52,612 nt of DNA from Nitrospinota bacterium. Its GTDB lineage: Bacteria; Nitrospinota_A; UBA7883; JACRLM01. A program made the position numbers and the translations under genes. The DNA is taken from assembly GCA_015231995.1 (NCBI GenBank), contig JADGAO010000001.1:1-52612 (forward strand), read 5' to 3'. The notes below the pieces were generated by a model. The model had not been told where the DNA came from, did not search any database, and saw nothing but the letters and a program-made list of their open reading frames with translations. Shown in pieces: positions 25,831 through 34,800 of the stretch. The number at the start of each line of letters is the position of its first letter. Positions within the stretch are counted from its first letter, which is position 1.

Positions 25831-28800
25831 TCATTGATATTCCGCCCAATCCTTCCTTGCCGCCCGGTAAAGCGTCTGTGCCTGCCGTTGCAACGATTGT
25901 GGCGTAATCAAGTGTTCCTCCGCCGGTGTTGCCATCGCGTTGTACCGATAGACTCTCTCAAGGAACTTCACCATATCGGATGGCGGCGCTCCACGGCTTG
26001 CGAGTATGCGATACTCGTCATACAATGCGTTCCGGCGGTCGGCGTAGTTTTCGGATTCTCGGCGCCCCTCGTACCGCCTTGCGAGAATCATTGATGTCCG
26101 TGTCGGCTGGAATCCCACGCCTTTCATAACGGCCTCGGCCAAGGTCGGTTTAACGATTCGTCCGCGCTCATCGAATATCGCCTTGTGGCGCTTCGTCGCC
26201 AACCCGTGCGTGTATTCCGAATACGCCTTAAACGGGGCGGAGAACGCCGTGGGTAACAGGGCTTTGGGAGCGCCAAGCATATCGCCTTTGGAGAGCGCGT
26301 CGAACCCTTCATGAAAGTCCTTGATAACGCCTCCGCCCGCTCCTAAAAGCTCCCACACGTTGGAGGGTATCCCCACGCCGATGTTGGGTTGAAGCGATCC
26401 GCTTAACTGCACGGGTGTAAAATACCCGACGGCTCCGTATCTCGCCGCCCGTTCGCCGTTTTCTCCAAGGTACTTGCGTGTCGTGTCCCACCACCACTTT
26501 TCAGGATCATTGTCTATTCCAATGGCGGACAGCATGGCGCCAGCCGCCAAGACGATGCCGCTCTTCATTGGGATGGCCATCCCCCCGCCCAGGACAATCG
26601 GCGCAAGAGATGCGTAAATCATGGCTTTATAGTTTTTCCGCCTGAATCCAAGCTCGTATAGCAACTGCATGTAGTTGTGACCATACTTGCTGAAAATCAA
26701 CATCGGCTGAAAAGCCCGTCCCATCGTCCCCTGCGCCCAGATGGGCAATGTGGCTTTGTTGTAGATTCCATGCGCCCGGTCGGACGCGAGCTTGGCGGCC
26801 TTGACCGCTTCGTCATGACTCATGCCGGACTGAACGGCGACACGATAGGCGGCCAGTATGGTTGAACCACGATTTATCCGTTCAGTGAACCCGAACGGCG
26901 CCATAGCGGTTTCGATGAGTTTCGCCCATGCGTTGGAGATTTGCCCCGTCCGTGTCCGGCTGTTGATGTGGGACAAGGCTTCCGTTGTGGCTTGTGGATT
27001 CGCCCAAGCTTTTTGCTTGAGTTCGTTCAGGAGTTTGCGCTCGTTCTCCTTGAGCTTTACATCCTTGCCTGCCATCCACAGGCCGAAATCCCGTACCGAT
27101 TTCGATAGATGGCGGACGATGGCGCCAGCGCCGACTATCTTGCCTCCGGCGTATTCGTGGATGGCCGCCGGAGCGGTTGTGGGGAGCGACAACAGGTTCA
27201 CCGCCGCCGACTTCACGTTGAATCCAAGATACTTGAACGCCGCCAGCGATTTGATAAACCCCAACTGTCCGTCAATGTGGTCACTATTCCGAAGCTGATT
27301 GGCGACGTAGGACACGGCCAGATCGTAGGTCTCCGCTTCCTTGCGGGAGTCTATTTCATTTATGGCGGAGTACATCTCCCTTGCGGCCTCAGCTTTGGCG
27401 AGGCCGGAGGATAAGGACGATGCGTACTGCAACAACGCAGTCTTGGGGTCGGTTTCATATCCATGAACCACCGGCATGTCCACATTCCTGGCGATGGCGC
27501 GGGAGCGGAACCCGCGAGCCTTGATAAGGTTGGCCATCTCGATTATCAGTGATTCGTAAACCTGTTTTGTGTTCTCGCCAAGTTTTGCCGTCCGGATGGC
27601 TTCTTCAATGGCTTTCTGCGTCATAGGAATCTTCAACTCCTGATAGACCGATTCAGCCATCCGCTCGGCCTCTTGAACCGGCTCTACCTTCCATCCTTTG
27701 GCTTTAAGCTCCGCATGAAGTTTCTCGGCTTCAACGCGATTGCGATGGTAACGATACAGATTGCCGCTTTTGTCCTTCGCCCGGACGACGTATTCACCGA
27801 TCCTCTGACGCGGAGCGTATGAGCCGCGCAGTTCGCCCATTTCATCCAAAGCTTCGCGCAAGGTCAGGCGGTGTTGTTTCCCAGCGTCGTCGGCTACAGT
27901 TATCTCCTGCGCCAGCATCTTTCGGGATAACGGGTCTTTCCCCTGAAACTCAAGCCAAGTGTCCAGCGCACGGTCATAAGCCCGGCGAACCGATCTCCAG
28001 GCGTCTATTACCTCTTTGGAATAGCCCCGCCGTTCCATCTCGCCGATTGTCTTGGCTTCTTTCCACGCTGATTTGTCCGTAACGTCTTTGGGCGGGTTCC
28101 AATCCTTCGTGTCCGCCCATACCAGGACATTTTCAAGCTGTTTGTATTGAGGTTTTTTGAGTCTGTCCAGTTTGCGGTAGATTTCCTCGCCGTCGTTATC
28201 GGTGAGGAACTTGTTCAGATGCTCATGCCGCGTGTCCTGCCTCCGTAGAGCGGTGTCAATGAACCTCTTGAAGACGGGATGGTTCCAGTATTCCGGGGAG
28301 AGTAGCGTTTTCTGCAAAAACCCAACCGCTCCCACCGGCTGGATGTTCACCTCCGCGTATCCAGCCTTCCGCAAGGCGCTGGCGGCTTTTTCCGCCGATT
28401 CCATTGATTGATGCGTGTCGCGTCGTTCCGCGCCGGTCGCCGGATCATATCCAGACACCTGATACTTCTTTATAGGGAACAGCGAGTTGTATATGGCGTG
28501 GCTATATGCCAGCGTTGTTTTAACGAAATCCTCCTGCGTAGGCTTTTCGGTCATCGGCTCCGATGCGTATTTGTCAGCCGTATCGTCCAAGCCGGTGAGT
28601 GATAAATTCAGCGCGGCGGAATCAGAAGTAGCGGTCTCCTTGTTACCAACCGGCGGTTGTGGCGGCGCATTCTGATTTTCCCATGACTGTTTTAGCGCTC
28701 GTATTGCCTCCAGCATGTCCGTATGGGAGATATTCATTTTCACGCCCAGGGCTTTGGCTATGCGCCGTAAGACCTGCCGCAGTTTGGCGATAATCCATCG

Positions 28801-31800
28801 GGTGAAGCTATGGTCTATATGCTTTTCCCCCATCCTGGCTATAAGCTCGCGGGCGATGGTATTCCGCCCTTTTTCCGTGCGCCAGTCGGCTTCCTTGTAG
28901 AGTTGTTTGATTTCGGCGATTTCCTTGCGGACAACTGGATTGTTAGACCAATGGCCGAACACGTTGTCCACGATCCGTTTCCAGTCGCCGCCGAACATGT
29001 CAATGAGCCTGTCCGTGGCGCCGTGGGTCGCTTCGTGGAACAAAACCTCAAGAACCGCCCGGTTCAAGGGCTGGCCTTTGGCTGTGGATTTCCGTATCAG
29101 CCCGTCCGCGACAAGATAAATCCGGTTCGCCTTCGGATCGAACAGTCCCGATACGCTAACCATCATCGGTTTGCCGTTGACGCTTTTATTTGCGGCCTGC
29201 TGTATGCGGTTCCGCAGATTGGGCGGTAAATCATTGATGCTGTCAATCACCGTAACCGGAGCTGGCAGGTTCGGGAACGCTTTGTTCAGCCGTTCGGCCA
29301 TCTTTCGGATTTCGCGGAACCGGCTGTCCTGATAGATGGATTTATCAAGGCTGTCAAAGCTCATCTCCGGCGGTTTGTCCTCGTCGGATTCCTCCTCGGC
29401 GATCATTGGCTCGTCGTTGCGTCCGATCTCAAGCTCTTTGTCCAGTTCCGCCTGCCGCGCCAGAGTCTCATTAAGCTTCGCCTCATGTTCAAACGGTTTC
29501 CCATATTCCCCGGTGACGGTCTTTAAATCCCGTTCGAGTTTTCCGATTTCCCGTTCTGCCCTGGCGTGTTCCGATTCGAGGTTCTTGACAAGGTTTTCAA
29601 GCCGAACCGTAACGTTGACGTTTTCGCTGTTGAACGGAACCGTGAAGTAATAATCCCGTTTCCCCCGAAGGTAGATTTCAGGGTCACGAAGCTCCGTCCC
29701 ATACCCTTTACCCGCGATGGCCAGCTTGAATCCGGCGTAATTTCCTATAACGTCTTTCTTTCCCTGGGTGTTCAATCCGCCGTACTTGGAGATGATCGCC
29801 CTTAATGCGTCGTTGGCGTCCTTGCGTTCGATGTAATCACTGCCTTGAATGGCCATCGCAAAATTGTCGCCGGAGACATCCTTTCTTGCTTTGATGTCCT
29901 CAGCCACATCGTCACGGTATTTGCCCCACCACTCGATGCTTTCGGGGATGCGCTTGGATTTGCTTTGCAGGCTCCTCTGCTCATCCTGCCACGCCCGTTT
30001 CAGGGTGGAGAGCCGCCGGGCTTCTGCGTCCACCTTGGCTTTTTCCATGACTTTTGGGTTGCCGGAAGCGATGGCTTTCACCTCTGCGTATGACAACGCC
30101 GCGCCCGCCACGTCGTCTATGTTCCGCAGGTAGTTATCTCCCCTCATCACCTGGCTGATGAACCGGGCTTTCGATTCCAATGTCTGCCACATGTAAGCGT
30201 CGAAACTGCCTTCCGTGACATACCGGTATATCTGAACCTCCGGATTCTCGTTACCCTGCCGGACTATCCTGCCTTCCCTCTGCTCGATGTCCGCCGGTCG
30301 CCACGGCGCGTCAAGATGATGGAGGGCGACAAGACGTTTCTGAACGTTGGTTCCAGCGCCCATCTTGGATGTGCTACCAAGCAGGATACGGACTCTCCCC
30401 TCCCGCACGTCATTGAACAGTTCCGCCTTTTGCTGATCCCTCTCGTAATCGTGGATGAACGCGATCTCCTCTTTCGGGATTCCACGCTGGATAAGTTTCT
30501 CCCGGATGTCGTCATACACGGAAAAAGCCCCGCTGTCCGCCAGAACCTCGTCCATGTTGACTTCTTTCTTTGAATCACCGTTCTCGCCGGAGTCGGTGGA
30601 ATCTTCAGCCTCTTTTCCCTTCTTTCTTTTTTTTGTTTTCTTCGGTTTCTTGGATTTCTTCTTCGGGGTGGAAAGGTCGCAAAACACCAACTGCGCCGCG
30701 CCGGAGGTCTTGCTTTCGGCGTAGGAGCTGTCTTTGGTCTCTTCCCAGACACGATAGATATTGTCCGCCGCCCGGTTGACCTTGCTGTTTGGCTCGTCCG
30801 GCAAGGATGGATCAATCAACCGCATGTCCAACGCCGCCTTCCGCCCGTCGTTGGTCACTTTGAGCATGTTGTCTTCACGGGGGTCAACCTGTCCGCTTCG
30901 TATCCGCTCGGAACGACGCACAAGGGTTTCAACGTACTGCTTCAGTATCCCGGAGGAAGAGGCGCTCACCGTTTGAGGTTTGCCGTTCTTTACCGTCGGA
31001 ACGGGAAGGTTGAGCATCTCCGCCGTCTGGATGTCCGACACCTGCCGGAACATGCCCATAAGCTCCGGCAGGTTCACAAACTTGCTGAATCGCGTGTTGA
31101 GCCGGTATCCGCTCCCGTCCGGGGCAAGCTCCATGCTAGTCACGGCCTCACCGAAACTGGCCGCCCAGGAATCGAAATGCAACAACCCCTGACGTTTGAG
31201 CGTGTCCAGTTGCAGATACCTCTGCATGGTGAACATCTCCGCCATCGTGTTGCTCACTGGCGTTCCCGTGGCGAACACCACGCCCCCACGCCCTTTCTGG
31301 AGCCGGTTGACGTGGATGGTTTTAAGGAACATGTCGTCGGATTTGACCGACTGGCTGTTGTTAAGCCCGGCCACACGGCTCATCTTGGTGGGGAATTGCA
31401 GGTTCTTGAACTCGTGCGCCTCATCCACGAAAAGCCAGTCAACGCCCGTCTCCTCGAACGTGACCGCTTTATCCTGATCCTTCTGGATATCGCTCAACCG
31501 TTTAGCGTATTTATCTTCAAGCTTCTTTCTGACGGCCTCGATCTGTTTTACGATCTTGCTGTCCCTGCCGGACTCCCGTTTCTCCTCCTCGATAAGGCGC
31601 GTGATCTCTTCAATCTGTTCCTTGTAATATTTCGATTGGGTTTCGGCGGACATCGGCAGGCGGCGAAACGACGCATGGGTGACAACCACCGCGTCCCAAT
31701 CGTTAGTGGCTATTCTGGACATGAGAAGCCGTCGGTTCTTCTTCTCAAAATCCTTTTTGTCCGCCACAAGTATGTTCGCCGTGGGGTATAGCTCCAATAT

Positions 31801-34800
31801 CTCCCGCGAAAACTGCTCCAACATGTGGTTTGGAACCACATACATAGGTTTCCTGGCGATTCCAAGGCGGCGCAGTTCCATACCCGCTCCGGCCATCGTG
31901 TAGGTTTTGCCCGCGCCCACCACATGAAAAAGACCGGTATTGCCGGTCTGCACGATGCGCCATACACCCGCCCGCTGATGCGGCTTGAGTTTCGCCACTA
32001 TCTGCGGATTCGCGCCGGGCAGGGTTAAATGGTCGCCGGAGAACGCCCGCAGGCGTGTATTGTTGAACTCCTCGTTGTATTTGCGGGCGAGCCTATCCGT
32101 CCGTTCCTCTTCCCGCCAAATCCAGTTTTTAAACTCGTCCTTTATCTTCTGTTGTTTCTCCCGCGCCGCCTCCGTCTCTTTCTGATTGACGATCTTTTTC
32201 TTGTTGTCATCCGGGGCGACATCCATGATGGTCGGGGTTTTCAGATTCAGCGCGTCCAGAACAGCCTGCAATGCCTCGTATCTTGGCGTGCCCCATTTCT
32301 GGGTGTTGGTCTCGATACGCCGCACATCGCTTTCCACCGACCAGAACCCAAGATTGGCCGCATGATTCACCCGGATGTTATGCGGGGCGATCTCCAGAAG
32401 GCTCGCCACAAAATCCCGCACATCATCGGTGGGTATCCAGGACGAACCCAGCCTTATGTCTATCTCGCCCGGTTTTAAATCCACCGGTTGCACCGCTTTT
32501 AACGCCTCGACGTTCTCATGAAACGACGGGTTGTCCTGGGCTTTCTTTGTGGCGATTTCCAGCTTGTGGCGAACGTTGCCGGAGAGATAATCGTCTTCCG
32601 TAACCCATTCCCCGGATTCAGGGTCTCTGTATATCGCTCCTTTGAGTTCGGCGATAATCTCTTTCTCCGGTTTACCGTATATCCGGCTCATGTGGTCAAG
32701 AGCGACTTTGCCGTTCTCGTTCAACGACACGGCCAAAGCCCCCTGCGCCGTATCAACCTTCGCCACAGGCTCATGCCGGTTCACGACACGTTTGCTGAAG
32801 ATATCCGCCTTGTACGCCGTGTTCTTTTTCTTGTTGTAGTTCCGCTCTATGGAGCTTAATAGCGGGTAGTCAGGGTCTTTCCCGAAAGCTGTGCGGTTAG
32901 CCTGCACATTGATGTAACCGAACTGGTCAATGAACTGGTCATAAATCCTGTTTAGCTTTTTCCGGACGGATTCGATCTCCGGCTCGCTGGCGGCGTCGAG
33001 TTGGGTTCGCAGAACATCCTTCACAACGTCCCGAAGGCCGATCATACCCTTGATCCGTTCGGCCACTTTGCCGGAATAGCTGGTTTCCACAAGCGTTCCG
33101 TTGTCATTTATCATGATCGCGCCATCCCGGAGCACGTGCGCCCCGTTCTTGATTCGTTCGTCAGGGGTTTCCGGTTGGCGATTGTCAATTTCGGGAACCG
33201 TTGATTCCGGACGCTCGTAAACACCTTCTGGCAGACGGTTGACCGCCTCCTCCAGCGCCTCGCCAATGTCCCTTCCGCCGGAAACAAGAGTGGCCTCGTT
33301 TTTCCGGTACATCTTCCCTTCGTAGGCCATCTGCCCCAGCATCATCTCCGGGCGGGACGCAAAATATTCGTTCACCATGAACGTGTCGCCGTCCTTACCG
33401 GTGATTTCCGCGAGGTCGCGCCATTTTGGTTCGGACTTTGGTTTCTCACCCTCGGCGTATTTGCGGAGGATGACTATATCCGTCGTAACTTCCGTGTTGG
33501 CGTTCTTCTTGAAAGCGTCGTTTGGAAGACGGATCGCGCCGATAAGCTCCGCCCGTTTCGCCATGTAATCGCGGACGTATGAGTCCTTCTTGTCCAATGT
33601 CCCTTTGGATGTAACGAACATGACAAGACCGCCCGGCCTTACAATGTCCAGGCTCTTGGCGAAGAAGTAATCGTGGATGCGAAGTTTCAGTTTGTCGTAT
33701 CGCGGATCATGAAGTTTGTAATCACCGAACGGGACGTTCGATATGGCCAGATCAAAATAGTTATCCGGAAACTTGACTTTCTCGAAACCCTGTATCCGTA
33801 TGTCAGCCTCCGGATAGAGTTTATTTGCAATGCGTCCTGTGAGGTCGTCTATCTCAACGCCGGTGATTCGAGAGTTGGATTTCATGGTAGGCGGCATGTG
33901 GCCTATGAAATGCCCCGCGCCCAACGCCGGTTCTATAACCCGTCCGCCAGTGAACCCCAACCGTTCGAGGGCGGAATACATCGCCTTGATAACCTTGGGG
34001 GATGTGTAATGAGCGTTCAGGGTGGAGCCTCTCGCCGCCTCGTATTCTTCTTTAGTGAAAAGGTCTTTGAGATCGCGGTATTCGTTCGCCCAATTCTTGT
34101 TGTTTGAATCGAACGCTTGCGGTATTCCGCCCCATCCGGCGTATTTGACTAGGAGAGATTGCTCTTCGGGCGTAGCGTTGCGATTTTCGGATTCGAGTGT
34201 TTTAAGGAGCCGGATCGCGGATATATTATTGCCGAACTTCTGGTTCTGCGACCCTTCGCCGATCCGGTCGGATTCGGTGATGCGATAGCTTAATACTCGC
34301 CCTCGGTCGTCTCCTCTTCCGGCTCTTCCCCTGTTTTCAGGCTCCGCAACATGGACTGCTGGCGTTTCATGAACAACGTCTGATCCTCCAGCCTGGCTTT
34401 CAGGCTGTCTATTTCGTCTATCAGGTCTCCGATCCTGGAATTGTCCGTCTCGTCTTCCAGTTCTTTCTCCAGACTCGCTATTTCGGACTTGATCTCTTTT
34501 ATCACCATCCGTGAATTCCGAATCTCGTCCACGATCTCTTCCATGTCTTCTTCCGCCGGTAGAAGGATGTGGTTCTCCATTGTCATCTCCCAAGCCCTGT
34601 CCGCCAGATAAGACAGATGCGCTTCGGTCTCCTCCGCCGTGGCGTTGGCTGGGATCGGGTCTTCCTTCAACAGGCTTTTCACTATCGCGTCCATCTCCTG
34701 TTTCGTGGCTTCCTGCGCCTGATACGCCCGTTCCAGAAGTTTCCCCTGTCTCTTGAGCCGTTTGAACATTTGCGGCCTGTTCTCGCGCCAGTGGGTTATC

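Noticed and set aside
30264-30815. 183-aa same-strand alternative-frame ORF inside the giant gene
   Set aside because: Its product is Arg/Lys/Ser/Thr-rich nonsense (…RRRNPRNRRKQKKERREKR…) generated by the Lys-rich and acidic insert of the helicase. It has no Shine-Dalgarno. Unlike the 34290..34856 ORF, it does not look like a protein.
30973-31791. 272-aa + strand ORF, and similar antisense ORFs 32029..32478, 33673..34107, 40444..40971, 41868..42581, 47248..47670, 50922..51635
   Set aside because: All are antisense to strongly supported minus-strand genes. They have biased Arg/Pro/Val composition and no motifs. They are shadow ORFs.
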